A stretch of DNA of 64,000 bases from Blastocladiella emersonii ATCC 22665 (GCA_025594325.1 JANHCV010000006.1:1178001-1242000); one strand, 5' to 3'. Positions 44,282-56,551 are shown, counted from the first letter of the stretch. Notes: generated by a model from the sequence alone, not told the origin. Program-made: numbers and translations.

Positions 44282-45430
44282 CTACTCGGCGGCCTTGACC
44301 AGCATCTCGCGCAGCGCGACGATCCCGGCGCCCGACTTGGACGACACCATGACCACGTCGTCGGGCTTGACGCCGAACCTGGCCACGTCCTCGCACACGA
44401 GACGGTGTCTGCGCGCGAGGATCTCGGGCTGGACGAGGTCGCACTTGGTCATGACGACGGTGACGCCGACGTGCGGGACCGCCGCGAGGTGCTTCTCGAG
44501 GAACTCGGCGTCGTTGACCTTGACGCCGTGGCGCGCGTCGACGAGGACCAGCACGCGGTGCACGGACGGCCGCGCGAGGAACTCGCCGATCAGGGCGTCC
44601 CACGACTCGGCCTTCTCCTGCTTGGCGTACGCGAACCCGTACCCGGGCATGTCGACGATCAGCGCGCGCAGCGGTGGGGCGGCGCGGAACCAGTTGATGG
44701 ACTGCGTGAGTCCCGGCTTGTTCTTGACGCGGACCACCGTCGACGCGAACACCGCGTTGAGCAGGCGCGACTTGCCGACGTTCGACCGCCCGATCACACC
44801 GAGCTCCGGCAGCTTCTCGGTGTTGGGCCAGAACGACTCGGCCTTGGTCGCGGCCGCCACGAACGTGAGCGGCGCGCTGCGCGCGGACCCGATGAACTCA
44901 AAGTCCTCGGGCTTCTCGCGCGGCCACTTGCCCTCGCCCAGTCCGAGGTCGCGGATCCGCTGCATCGTCGACGGGTAGAAGCGCACCGCCATGAACTGCT
45001 TGCGCTTCGACAGCGGTTCCGCGGGTTGTTTGGGTTTCGCGACGGCGGCGACGGCGGGCGGGAGCTTGAACTGCGGCTTGCTACTTCTGCGGGCGGCGGC
45101 GGGGCGGAGCGGCTCGATGATCGGGTCGCGCGAGACGGGCGTCGGGTCGACTGCCTCGACGACGGGCTCCGCCTTGCGCGCCGACTCGTCGCCCTTGGCG
45201 CGCAGCGTGAGCCGCTGTCGGCGCTGCGAGAACAGGCTCAGACTATCATCCGAGTCGCGGGAACGGGTTGCTGAGTCGCGAGGACGGGCTGCCTCACGGG
45301 AAGCGTTCGGCGAGCTCCGCGGCGATCGGCTGCTGCCCTTGCCAGCCTGCGTCGCCATGGTGCGGACCGCGGCCGATTCCGCAGCCGGACGCGCCAGGCG
45401 GGCGCCCAGGGCCCAGGGTAGTCTTTGCAT
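44282..45430 (-). CDS. EngB/YihA (YsxC)-family GTP-binding protein, probably mitochondrial
   Basis: GRSNVGKS (G1), KPGLTQSIN (G2), DMPGYG (G3), TKCD (G4), SSKSGAG. Arg-rich presequence-like N-terminus. Confidence 0.88.
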   Translation of the reverse strand: MQRLPWALGARLARPAAESAAVRTMATQAGKGSSRSPRSSPNASREAARPRDSATRSRDSDDSLSLFSQRRQRLTLRAKGDESARKAEPVVEAVDPTPVSRDPIIEPLRPAAARRSSKPQFKLPPAVAAVAKPKQPAEPLSKRKQFMAVRFYPSTMQRIRDLGLGEGKWPREKPEDFEFIGSARSAPLTFVAAATKAESFWPNTEKLPELGVIGRSNVGKSRLLNAVFASTVVRVKNKPGLTQSINWFRAAPPLRALIVDMPGYGFAYAKQEKAESWDALIGEFLARPSVHRVLVLVDARHGVKVNDAEFLEKHLAAVPHVGVTVVMTKCDLVQPEILARRHRLVCEDVARFGVKPDDVVMVSSKSGAGIVALREMLVKAAE

Positions 45431-45633
45431 GGAGTTACGTGGGCAGGCAGTGCCTGGTGTCGTGGTGCAGGGGAAAGAGCGGAAAGCGGCCTCGAGTGTC
45501 TCACAGCGCCGTTGAGACAACAACGCTCGCTCGCTTCTCGCGCGTGGCAGAGTTGAAGACAGGTCATATATAGATTGATACGCGTCGAGTCCAACTAGAG
45601 TTGCTGCCGCCGCGGTGTGGGCGCCTGGCCGGT

Positions 45634-46330
45634 TTACACGGGGAACCGCGTCCCGGCGAGTCGGTCGACGACCTACACACGACGCGGCAAGGGCGGGTCA
45701 GTCGTCCGCACGAGTCGAGTTGACACCATCGGAGAGAACGTACGTGCGTGACGCCTGGCGCCGAGAGGAGCGGGCCGATGAGCGGCATTCGCCGCAGGAA
45801 CGCGACCACGACGGGGAAGAAGTCGCTACACGCACACGGACGGACGCGTCAGTACCCGAGCAACCACAGCTGCGCGCGGAGAGCGGCGTACCCGAACAGG
45901 TTGATGAAGCCAAACACCTCGACGATCATGCCGAGCAGCGGCATGCGCAGGAACACCATCAGCACGCCGGCAAAGAAGCAGATGGTCCCTCGCAACTTGT
46001 TCTTTCGCGCAAAGAAGGCCACCGTCTTGGACAGCCCGATCAGCATCGTCACGCCGCCGAGGAACAGGATCTGGTACGGGGTCGAGACGTCAGCTCGGTG
46101 GATGGCAGCGCAGGTCGGACGCGAACGCGACGCACGTTTCCGATGGCGAGCAGCCCGCCGTCAAAGAACAGCAGCACGCCGAGCAGCAGGAACAACGACC
46201 CGAACGCCGTCAGGCCCACGCCAATCTCTGGAAGCGCGGCAACGCGGCGCGGTTAGCGGTCGATCGCGCGCCGGCGAGTCGTGAAGGCCGCGAGCGCACT
46301 TTGCGAGTCGGATAGCCACTGAGAACTCAT
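45634..46330 (-). CDS. GOT1: Golgi transport protein Got1/GOLT1, 5 exons
   Basis: Spliced product MSSQWLSDSQ.IGVGLTAFG...FFDGGLLAIGNILFLGG...GFINLFGDFFPVVVAFLRRMP; four GT-AG introns. Confidence 0.92.
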
Positions 46331-46623
46331 GATGGCTCGTCGCTCGGTCCGTTGCGTGTAGTCGATCCGTAGCGTCAAGTGAAGATTTTGGTGCTGGGCC
46401 CGTCTAAGGAGAGAGCGGGGAAGAAAGTCGCGTCCGCGACGCCCAGGCGCCAGCGCCCCAGGGGGCTGAGCCTCCGCTCCCTGACGTCACGCGATGTCTC
46501 TCGCCTTCCTCCGCGTCGCGACCACGCGTGTCGTTTGACGTGGCTCAGTCAGTTGAGGGAGAAAGGCTATCGTGAACGCTATAAATTGTTCCGGACAAGG
46601 GTTGGGGGAGGATCCCGGGACCG

Positions 46624-47573
46624 CTACGCGTTGCGCTTGATCTTGAGCGAGTAGTCGATGAACGGCACGCCCTGGGTGAGGCTGCCCATGCTGAGCACGT
46701 CGACGTCGGGCGAAAAGTAGCTGACGACCGTGTCCTCGGTGATGCCGCCGCTGCCCTCGATCAGGACGTGCGGGTGGCGCGCCTTGAGCGACGCGGCCGC
46801 GGTGCGCAGCGGCGCCGGGTCAAAGTTGTCGAGCATCACAATGTCGGCGCCCGCCGCGATCGCCTCCTCGGCGTCCTCGATGGTCTGGCATTCGACCTCG
46901 ATCTTGATGGCAAACCCACCCACGCTGCGCGCCTCCTTGACCGCGCGCGTGATCGAGCCCGTCGACCACACGTGGTTGTCCTTGAGCATGATCATCGACG
47001 ACAGGTCCATGCGGTGCTGGTCCACGCCGCCCACGAGCATGCCGTACTTTTCCACGATGCGGAAGCCTACATGCATGCGGTGAGCGGTCAGTGCGCTGTG
47101 CGCTGCACCCGAGCACGACGCGATCGACACGCACCCGGCGTCGTCTTGCGGGTACCCGCGATCGCGCCCTTGAACCCGTGCTTCTCCTTGAGCTGCGCGA
47201 GCTTGCGTGCGCGCGTCGCGATACCAGCGCACCGCGCCATGAGGTTGAGCGCGGTGCGCTCGCCGAGCAGGAGGTGGCGCGCCTGGCCGAACACGCGCGC
47301 GACGGCCACCTTGCCGTTGGGCGCCGCCGACACGTCCACAAACTCGCCCTCGGCCACGAGCCACTCGACGCGGCACTCGACCTGGCGGAAGATCTCGTCG
47401 ACAAACGGCACGCCGGCCAGCACGCCCGACGCCTTGCACCACAGCGTCGCCTCGTCCTGCTTGTCGCCCACGACGAAGCCGCCGTAGTCGAACGACGGAA
47501 TGTCCTCCTGCAGCCACGCCGTCACCGACGTCTTCCACGACGGCGGGAGCAGGTGCGCGTAGTTGGATGGCAT
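46624..47573 (-). CDS. BNA6: Quinolinate phosphoribosyltransferase (nicotinate-nucleotide pyrophosphorylase), one intron
   Basis: [63 protein letters not shown]. Intron 47067-47134. Confidence 0.95.
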
Positions 47574-47895
47574 GGTTGTTATGTTTTACGTTGCAGAGGT
47601 GCGGGTTGGGGAGCGGGGATCGGCTGCGAAGGGGCGCGGCGCTCAACACGCGCTGGCGCTGATCAAGCCCCCGCTCTGACCTCACATGATACCGCGACGC
47701 GTGATACATTCGCGTCTCCCACGCCGCACTCTTGGCTTGGCGGATGGACGCGTCCGAGCTTCTCGACGCGCGACACCAGGCACCCTCCACCCCCTAATAC
47801 CTCCCAAACGCGCTCAAGCTCCCCGCTCTCCACGCATGCAAGACTGATAGAACATAGACGTAAAGCAACTCACCAAACCCCGCATACACGCAACC

Positions 47896-50311
47896 ATGGG
47901 CAAGTCAAAAGACGCCGCCGGCGAGTCCGCCGCCGCGGCTGCGCCCGTCGCCGTCGAGAAGACGGCCAAGGTGGCCGACCCCAAGGTCGCCGAGCAGTAC
48001 AAGAAGCCGCCGGGCCCCGTCACATCGCGCAAGTGCCGCGACGTCCTCTTCATGGTCCTGTTCATCCTGTTTTGGTTCGGCATGGCTGTCATTGCCGGGA
48101 TCGCGTTCCAGAAGGGCGACCTGAACCGGTACGCGTGAACCCGCTCGCGCACGAACGAGTCCGACTCACCGCTTGCAAACGTATAGACTCAAGTACGGCA
48201 CCGACTCGCTCGGCAACACGTGCGGTGTCTACAACCCCGCGGTCGGCAACATCTCGGCCTTCGACGCGACCAACAAGACGTACCTACACTACCTCAACCT
48301 CGGCTTCTCGGACAACCCCGTCAAGGTGTGCGTCAACGCGTGCCCCGCGCAGGGCGAGTTCGTGTGCCAGTACAACGTGACGCTGGCCAGCGACAACCAG
48401 GCCCGCGCCCAGCAGGTCCAGAACGGGACGTGCTTCCCCGTCGCGTTCCCGCTGCAGAGCCGTACGTTCTTCGAGCGCGCGAGGCGTGGGGATGAGATGC
48501 TCACGTCGCGACTGTGTGTGTGTAGTCGTGTGGCGCTGCATCCCGCTCAACCTCATGGCCACGGCGTACAACGCGACCGTGTCGCAGAACACGACGCTGT
48601 CCAAGGTGGCCAACGTCGTCGCCACAGACCTCAACGCGCAGGAGACGGCGACCAAGATCTCGCAGGCTCTTATTGACTCGTGGGAAGTCATTCTCGGGTA
48701 CGTTCTTTTCGCGCTCCCGTGAGTTCCACCAACTCTCTGACACGCATACTACCCGTTCAGAATGGCCTTCGCGTCGGTCGGCATCTCGTTCATCTGGCTG
48801 TTCCTGCTCAACTGGTTCTCGGGCGTCATGGTCTGGATCACGGTCGTCGTGGCCAACGCGTCGCTCGGCGGCCTCACGGCGTTCTTGTGGTACAACTGGC
48901 ACATGATCAAGACCCAGGGCAAGCTCATCATGACCGGCAACCCGACCATTGACCTACAGGTCTACAATGAGCAGACGCTGCTCGTGCTCGGTACGCAGAC
49001 CACCAGACGGTCGCCGTTGATCGTTGGTGACGCTCGTGCGAGTAGGGATCATTTCGGCCGTCGTGTTCGGCGTCGTGTTCTTTATTTCGGTCGCTGCGCG
49101 CCAGCGGATCAAGCTCGCCATCGTGATCATCAAGGAGACAAGCCGGTACGCATCCCGCTCCTCTCCCTCCACGCTCCCGCGCTAACCCTTGCGCTCAACT
49201 AGTGCTATCCGCGCCATGCCCATGATCGTCTTCTTCCCCGTGTTCAAGTACGCCATCATGGCCGCGCTGTTCGCCTACTTTGTCATCGTGTTCGCGCTTC
49301 TGGCCAGCTCGGGCACGGCCATCGCGCAGGAGGCCACGACCCAGATCACAACGCAGCTCCAGGGCACGACCGCGGTCCGGCAAGTGACACCCGAACGCGT
49401 GCTGCAGTTCCTTCAGATCTACCACGTCTTCGGGTTCTTCTGGGCCTGGAGCTTCATCCTGTACGTGTTCATCGCGTAGCGACCTGCGAAGCTTGGCTGA
49501 CGCTCCACTGCCCGTCACGTAGCGGCGTGTGGCAGACGACCATCGCGGGCAGCGTGGCGACGTGGTACTGGTGCCGCGACAAGTCGAACCTGCCTCGGTT
49601 TGCCGTCGCTAAGTCCCTGTGGCGGTGCTTCCGGTACCACCTTGGGTCAATCGCGCTGGGCGCCATGATCATCGCGATCGTGCAGCTGATCCGCGTGTTC
49701 CTGTTCGAGGCGCAGCGGCGGCTCAAGGGGTCCAACAACAAGGCGGCGCAGTACACGCTGGCGTGCCTGCAGTGCTGCTTCGCGTGCCTCGAGAAGTTCC
49801 TCAAGTTCATCAACAAGAACGCGTACATTTTGATCGCCGTCGAGGGCTACGGGTTCTGCGAGGCCGCCAGCACCGCGTTCCAGCTCCTGTTCCGCAACGC
49901 GTTCCGTGTCGCCGTCATCGACCGCGTCGCCAACTTCCTCCTGTTCCTCGGCAAGCTGCTCATCGTCGCCGTGACGTGCCTCATCTCGCTCGGCATCCTG
50001 TGGTCCAACTACGCGCAGCTCGGGAGCTATTACGCGGTCCCGCTCATCGTACGTCGCCTTCCCTCTCTCCCGCCGTGATCGTGGGCACGGACTAACCGAA
50101 CCGCGCGATGTAGTTCATCTTCGTCATCTCGTGGATCGTCGCGTCCTTCTTCACGTCGGTCGTCGACATGGGCATCGACACGCTGTTCCTGTGCTTCTGC
50201 GAGGACTGCGAGCGCCACGACGGGTCGGCGCAGAACCCGTACTACATGAGCAACGAGCTCAAGGCCTTCACCGACAAGCACAAGGGCACGGTGCCGGACA
50301 TTGCGTCCTGA
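47896..50311 (+). CDS. Choline transporter-like protein (CTL/SLC44/PNS1 family), 8 exons
   Basis: RKCRDVLF, YGTDSLGNTCG, CVNACP, RYHLGSIALG, KFINKNAYI, IDTLFLCFCED. Seven GTACG...AG introns from 48129 to 50113. Confidence 0.92.
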
Positions 50312-50495
50312 TTGCGGGTTGGTGTGGATGATACAGTTGCCGTTTGCTCGCCATCGCGGATCCGGTTGAGTTCGAGGACGCAACGCAAGCGGATAGAGAA
50401 GCTGGATCCCACGGCTACGTTCGAAGAGGATCAACAAATACTGCTTTTTCATTAGATATTACATCTCCGGTATCACACACTCGATCAAAAACCAC

Positions 50496-52983
50496 TTAAA
50501 CACGCGTGGTCGAGGTAGCCGACACCGCGCCCGTCGCCGCGGCCGCCTTCACCGGGACCTTGGCCGCCGCGGCCTTGGTGGTCTCGGGGACCGTGTCGCG
50601 GAGGAAGCGGGCGAGGGCGACCATGTTGCTGAGGGCGCCGCGGACCTCGGGCCAGTTACGGGTCTTGAGGCCGCAGTCGGGGTTGATCCAGAGCTGGTCG
50701 GCGGGGAGGCGGCTCAAGATATCGGCGGCGCGGGCCTGGAACTCGGCGAGCGAGGGGACGCGGGGCGAGTGGATGTCGTAGACGCCGGGACCAATGTGGT
50801 TGGTGTAGGCGCCGGGCGTCGAGAAGGCGGCGAGCAGCTTGAGGTCCGACTTGGAGCTCTCGACCGACAGCACGTCCACGTCCATGCGCACGATGGCCTC
50901 GAAGATGTCGTTGAAGTCCGAGTAGCACATGTGCGAGTGGATCTGCGTGTCGTTGACGACGCCCGACGTCGACAGCTTGAAGGCGTCGACCGACCACGTC
51001 AGGTACGCGGCCCAGTCGGCGTGGCGCAGCGGGAGGCCCTCGCGGATCGCGGGCTCGTCGATCTGGATCACCTTGATCCCGGCTTGCTCGAGGTCGACCA
51101 CCTCGTCGCGGATCGCGAGCGCGAGCTGGTACGCCGTGACCTGGCGCGGCTGGTCGTCGCGCACAAACGACCACTGCAGCATGGTGATGGGGCCCGTCAG
51201 CATACCCTTGAGCGGCTTGGCCGTCATGGCCTGCGCCTTGGTGATCACGTCGACCGTCATGGCCGTGGGCCGGTGCACGTCGCCGTAGATGATGGGCGGC
51301 TTGACGCAGCGGGACCCGTACGACTGGACCCACCCGTGCTGCGTGAAGGCGTACCCGGCGAGCAGCTCGCCGAACGCCTCGACCATGTCGTTGCGCTCAA
51401 ACTCGCCGTGCGAGATGATGTCGAGCCCGATCTCCTCCTGGATGCGGATGCACCGCTCCGTCTCGGCGAAGATGAAGTCCCAGTACGCGGCCTCGGAGAT
51501 GGCGCCGCGCTTGAACTGCGCGCGCACCTTACGGACCTCGGCCGTCTGCGGGAACGACCCGACCGTGTGCGTGGTGAAGCGCGGCAGGCCGAGGCGCGCC
51601 TGCTGCGCGGCCCACCGGTCGGCAAAGGGCGCGGGGCGGCGGAAGTCGGCCTCGGTCAGCGCGGCCACGCGCGCCTTGACGGCGGGGTTGTGGATGCGCG
51701 CCGAGGTACGGCGGGCCTCGATGGCGCGCTGGTTGGCGTCGAGCTCGGCGGCGACGGCCGCGGGGCCCTCGGCGAGCGCGCGCTGCAGGACGCGCACCTC
51801 GTCGAGCTTCTCGGTTGCAAACGCGAGCCACGAGCGCAGGTCGTCGTCGAGCTTGGTCTCCTGGGCGAGCGCGACGGGCGAGTGCAGCAGCGAGCACGAC
51901 GGCGCGACCACGAGGCGGTCGAGCTTGTTGCCGAACACGGCCACGGCGTGGCGCGCCAGCGTCAGCGCGTGGTGCAGGTCGGTGCGCCAGACGTTGCGGC
52001 CGTTGACGAGGCCGAGCGAGAGCACCTTGGTCGTGGGCGCAAGGGCCTCGGCGACGGCGGCGAGCTGCGCGGGCGCGCGCACCAGGTCGACGTGCACGGC
52101 GTGCACGGGCAGCTTGGCGATGGCGGCGATCTGGTGCTCGATGCCGCCAAAGTAGGTGGCGAGCGTGACCTTGAGCTGCGGCGCGGCCGCGGCGATGGCG
52201 GCGTACGCCGTCTCGAGGTCGGCGTGGATCGTGGCCGGCAGGTCCAGGACCAGCGCCGGTTCGTCGAGCTGCACGTCCGTGGCGCCGGCGTCCTGGAGCT
52301 GGCGCAGCAGGTCCGTGTAGGCGCGCAGCAGCTTGGGGAGGAGCGTGATGGGCGAGAAGCCCGTGGTGGCGGGGCGGCTGAGCAGCAGGAACGAGATGGG
52401 GCCCAGCAGCACGGGGCGGGTCTGGATGCCGAGGGCCTTGGCCTCGAGGAACTCGGCGAGGGGCTTGATGGCGGCCGCGTCGGCGGGCAGGCGGAACTCG
52501 GTGTCGACGCCGAGACGGGGGACAATGTAGTGATCTATGTTGAGGGGAGAGGGGGTACGAGTGAGTGACTGTGGCTTCGCGACAACGAGCATGAAGCGGC
52601 GAAAGCGTACAGTTCGTGTCGAACCACTTCTTCATCTCCATGGCGGGCACGTCGACGCCGCGGGCCGGGTCCTGGAGGCCGCGGCCCATGGCAAAGTAGC
52701 GGTCGACGGGGTCGGCGATCGAGCGGTAGATGGCAGGGACGGCGTCGAACAGGGCAATCACGTCGAGCACCTGGTCGTAGAGGGCAAAGTCGTTGGACGG
52801 GATCAGGTCGATGCCGGCGGCCTTCTGCAGCTGCCAGTGCTTGGCGCGCAGGTCGGCGGTGCCCGCGGCGAGCGCGGCGCCCGACGTCTTGCCGGCCCAG
52901 TACGACTCGACGAGCTTCTTGAGCTCGCGCTGCGCGCCGATGCGCGGGAACCCGAGGTTGGCGGACTTGACGGTGGTGACCAT
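50496..52983 (-). CDS. MET6: Cobalamin-independent methionine synthase MetE/Met6, one intron
   Basis: NLGFPRIG, MKKWFDTNYHY (across intron 52535-52610), GSFPQT, HGEFERNDMVE, YGSRCVKPP, IHSHMCYS, GPGVYDIHSPR, WINPDCGLKTR; 803 aa. Confidence 0.97.
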
Positions 52984-53046
52984 GGTGTGTGCGTAGTGGG
53001 TCCAAAGGGATGGAGAGCGCAGGACGGGGGCGGGGACGCGGCCGGG

Positions 53047-53053
53047 TTTTATA
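53047..53053 (-). promoter_or_regulatory. TATA box upstream of MetE
   Basis: TATAAAA on the minus strand, about 65 nt upstream of the ATG, in otherwise very GC-rich DNA. Confidence 0.6.
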
Positions 53054-53213
53054 CCCGCGACGGCGGCATAGCGGAGGACGGCGGCGAGCAGCTGCATCGT
53101 GCCCGGTGCGGATCAACTCTGGCGGAAGCGGGACGGCGACCGGGCGAGCACGGAATCGCCACGTCGGCGAACGCGCGCCGATCGCCCTGAGCGACGCGTG
53201 GTGCGGCCGGGCC

Positions 53214-53221
53214 CACGTGAC
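53214..53221 (-). promoter_or_regulatory. GTCACGTG E-box (Cbf1/CDEI-type) upstream of MetE
   Basis: Plus strand CACGTGAC; matches RTCACGTG about 160 nt upstream of the TATA box. Confidence 0.4.
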
Positions 53222-53602
53222 GCGCGCAGGCGATGGCGCGACCCGGCGGCCCGGGCGCGTGTGGCGCCAAGGGAACTGGTGGCGCCCCGTTCCCACCGCG
53301 CGGATCTCGCGCCGGGCGGGCGGACCGCGGCGCTTGAACCCGCCCGGCGACGCGGACCGCACGCAAGTGGGACCCGCGCGCTCGGGTCACCTGCGCTTGG
53401 GCGCCGCCGCGTCGGGCCCGCTTTCAGCGCCGCGCACGCCACCTGGTCGCTCGTCCCTGCCGCTTTCGTCGCCCTCGCCGTGCCCGTGGGAGTCGCCACG
53501 TTGCCCGGTGCGTCACACTTGATCCACTCGCCAAATGCCACCTTTTATCTCTCCCCACTCGCGGTTGGGTGTCCCACAACTGTGTGTATGCCATCACTGC
53601 CA

Positions 53603-54599
53603 TCACTGCCCCGCTGCCGCCGCCGCCGCCGCCTTGGCCGCGAGTGCCGCCAGCACGCCGTCGCGGACCTGCGCAAAGTCCTTGGCCATGGCCGACGCCG
53701 GGTACACGTCGGCGAGGTTACCCGGCCGCGTCGTGCCGTCCTCGCCGACGGGCACCGTCTGGGTGGGCGCCGAGTCGACCATCTGCGCAAACGCCGGATC
53801 AATGGGCAGCGCGCCGAGGAACCGCAGCTGGAACTGCTCGGCGAGCTTGGCGCCGCCGCCCGACGCGAATATGTCGGTGCAGTCGGCGCAGTGCGGGCAC
53901 CGGAACCCGCTCATGTTCTCGACCACGCCGAGCATCGGCAGCTTCACCTTTTGGCAGAAGTTGATTTCCTTGCGCACGTCCGAGATGGCCACCGCCTACA
54001 AATCGGGGATGAGTGAGTTTGAGGCGTCTTTCTGCACGGAACGAAAGGCAACGGACCTGAGGCGTCGTCACGATCACCGCCGACTTGCTCTCGTACCCGC
54101 GCAGCGCCTCCATGATCGCGAGGTGCTCGTCCGACGTGCCCGGCGGCGTGTCAATCACGAGGTAGTCGAGGTCGCCCCAGCACACGTCCGCGATGAACTG
54201 CTGGATCATGGCCGACTTTTTCGGCCCGCGCCACACTACCGCGTCGTCCTTGTTGGTCATGAGGAGCCCGATCGACATAACCTTGAGCCGCCCACCGGTC
54301 CCGGGCACCGCGTACGGCACCCACCCTTGGCTCGACGTGAGCACGTGCGCGCCCGCGTCGTCGACGCCCAGCATCCGCGGGATCGACGGCCCGCACAGGT
54401 CAATGTCCAGCACCCCGACCGTCGGCCGCGCCGCGCTCGTCGCCAGCGACACGGCCAGCTGCGTCGAGCAGCTGCTCTTCCCCACGCCGCCCTTCCCAGA
54501 GAGAACGAGCACCACGTTCTTGACCCCAGCCAGGCCCGTCGTCAGCGGGGCGGTCGTCACGGACACGGGCGCGCTCGCTTGTGAGTTTGCGGTCGTCAT
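53603..54599 (-). CDS. CFD1: Cytosolic Fe-S cluster assembly P-loop NTPase Cfd1/NUBP2, one intron
   Basis: [55 protein letters not shown]. It lacks the N-terminal Cys ferredoxin motif of Nbp35. Intron 53996-54056. Confidence 0.92.
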
Positions 54600-55405
54600 G
54601 ATTGCAACAAGTTACTCGGCTCGATTCGTTGCAGGTAGTGCGGAAGCGCTTACATGAGCGGGGAGCGAGTAATGAGCGGCCTTGGTCGCTGACTTGGTCG
54701 CTGACGAAGCCGGCCTGACTCAGCCAGCCACGTGCGCCCATCCTCGCCATTCGCGACGCGCGCCGCGATACCTCAAATGTCTCCACGAACATCCGAATTC
54801 ACAACTGGACGCGTCAAATGTCTTTTAGTCACATGTTACGCCATTCGCGCCTTTCGCGCGACCATCGTCACTGTGCTCAGCGATCCGACACGGGCAACAC
54901 GCCCCGCACGTAAGCGCCAAGGATCCGTATCCGCCGTGAACCAGCTTCGCCCTCTATCGATGCCGCCCTCTCAACCTGGTTTTGCCTTGAAGCGAGGCGA
55001 GGCGGCAAACGTGACGGAGAAGCGGTGGTCGGCGTTGGGAGACAGCACCCCGCGCGAGACGTTTTCACTCGGCGCCCTCCTCCCCTGTCGGTCATTTCCC
55101 GCGCCACAAACTGTGGGAGAAAACGCGGCGCCTTCACGACCTGGCCGCACACAGCGGGTTCACCCGAGTCGATGCAATGTGCCTTGGAACCAACGGACCG
55201 CCTTGTGCGGCCGAAAAGGCTTGGCGGGAGACACTTGCGCGCCAGGACACGGCTCTCTCGCGCCCCCTGCCCCCATTTTGTGCGACCGCGGCCGAGACGT
55301 CCTTCCTCTCTCTCTACAAGAATATACAACGTAGCTGCTACCCCCGCCCGGATCCCCGCCTGACTACGCATCAAGAACCAATCGACCTACCCAAGACCTC
55401 CGATC

Positions 55406-56551
55406 ATGCCGCGCGTAACACAAGGTGCGCTCGGCTCGCATCCGCCCCCGCTCGGATCCGCCCCGCTCGGATCCGCGCCACCCGGGTCTCGACTCACATC
55501 CCCGTCTCGTCTCGCGTAGATATAACCGACGTGTTCCACGGGGTGCTGCTCGGCATCACAAGCGCGTATTTCGTGTGGGCGTGGCTCAACCGCCACACGT
55601 ACGGCGCGTCGCGCCTCGGCAAGATGTCGCTGCTCGTCACGGTCCTCGTCTGCCTCCGCCTGCTCTCGTCGATCCGCCTCGAGTCCTCGTCGCCCTCGGC
55701 GTGCTACTTCTGGATTCTGATGCGGTCCACGATCTCGCTGTTCGGGATCTTCTCGGTCAACATCTTCTTCCAGACCGAACTATTTATCAACCTGGCCATC
55801 AAGACCACCTCGCACGCGTCCAAGATGCGCTGGCGCTACCTGATCCACGGCGTCACGCAGCTCATCAACGTGGTCAACGTCATCCAGTACGTCTCCGCTC
55901 GCGAGTGGGTCCTCGTGAGTCATCTCGCTGACTCGCGGGACGAGCCCGAGACCATCGTCGGCCATCTCACTCACTTTTCCTTCGCCCACAACGTGTAGGT
56001 ACCTCACCATCATGTCGGCCTTCACGAACGGCAAGGGCTTCTGCGGTCTCGACGAGCGCGACGTGGTCCCGCTGACAGTCCTGACGATCCTGAGCTTCGG
56101 CATCTGCCTGATCCAGAACGTGGCTGTCCTGCTCTCGAACTCGACCTTCACGGCCATGACCCAAGTCGCGCGTCTCTTCCGCATCACAACCATCTCGACG
56201 GTCCTGCTCTGCGTCTGGGTGGTCTATATCCACCTTGACAGCCTGTACCTGGAGTGGGCCGACTGGAAAAGTGTGTACTTCACCGTCATGCTGGTCTGGA
56301 TGTCGTGCAACTCGCTTTTGGCGTCGAATTTCCTCGTTTCTCTCCGCATCAAGTCGCAGCGGGACACGACGCAGGTATCCGCGGTGTCGACGGCGTCGCG
56401 CACGGCCACGGGCGTGCCCAACCATCGCGCCTCGGTCGTCTCGGCCAAGGGCGCGCAGTCCGAGAACGGCAGCAACTCGTCGGCCGCGCCCATCAAGGCC
56501 AGCGCCATGGTCCACTCTTCGAGCATGAAGAATTTCCCGCCGACCGAGTAG
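55406..56551 (+). CDS. Orphan seven-transmembrane (GPCR-like) receptor, 3 exons, 312 aa
   Basis: Introns 55425-55519 (GTGCGC...TAG) and 55887-55998 (GTACGT...TAG) give one open frame. Seven hydrophobic segments by inspection, a Cys before TM3 (SACYF), a Cys in the TM4-TM5 loop (GFCGL) and a Ser/Thr-rich C-tail. Confidence 0.75.

Noticed and set aside
8363-45430. Two mitochondrial ribosome-assembly GTPases (MTG1 and EngB-like) in one window
   Set aside because: They are 35 kb apart with many unrelated genes between; consistent with chance.
53100-53480. GC-rich hairpins upstream of MetE (e.g. GGGAAC...GTTCCC at ~53271-53294) as a possible cobalamin riboswitch
   Set aside because: No B12-box consensus could be matched, the element lies upstream of the TATA box so is probably not transcribed, and hairpins are trivial at this GC content. 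An Rfam scan would settle it.
54680-54706. Short direct repeat (ttggtcgctgac x2), and the repeat in intron 1 of the 7TM gene (ccgctcggatccgc x2, ~55448-55477)
   Set aside because: Two-copy slippage duplications with no further structure.
55406-56551. 7TM protein as an opsin
   Set aside because: No lysine in mid-TM7 (the only nearby K, in WKSVY, is at the helix start) and no microbial or animal opsin motifs.
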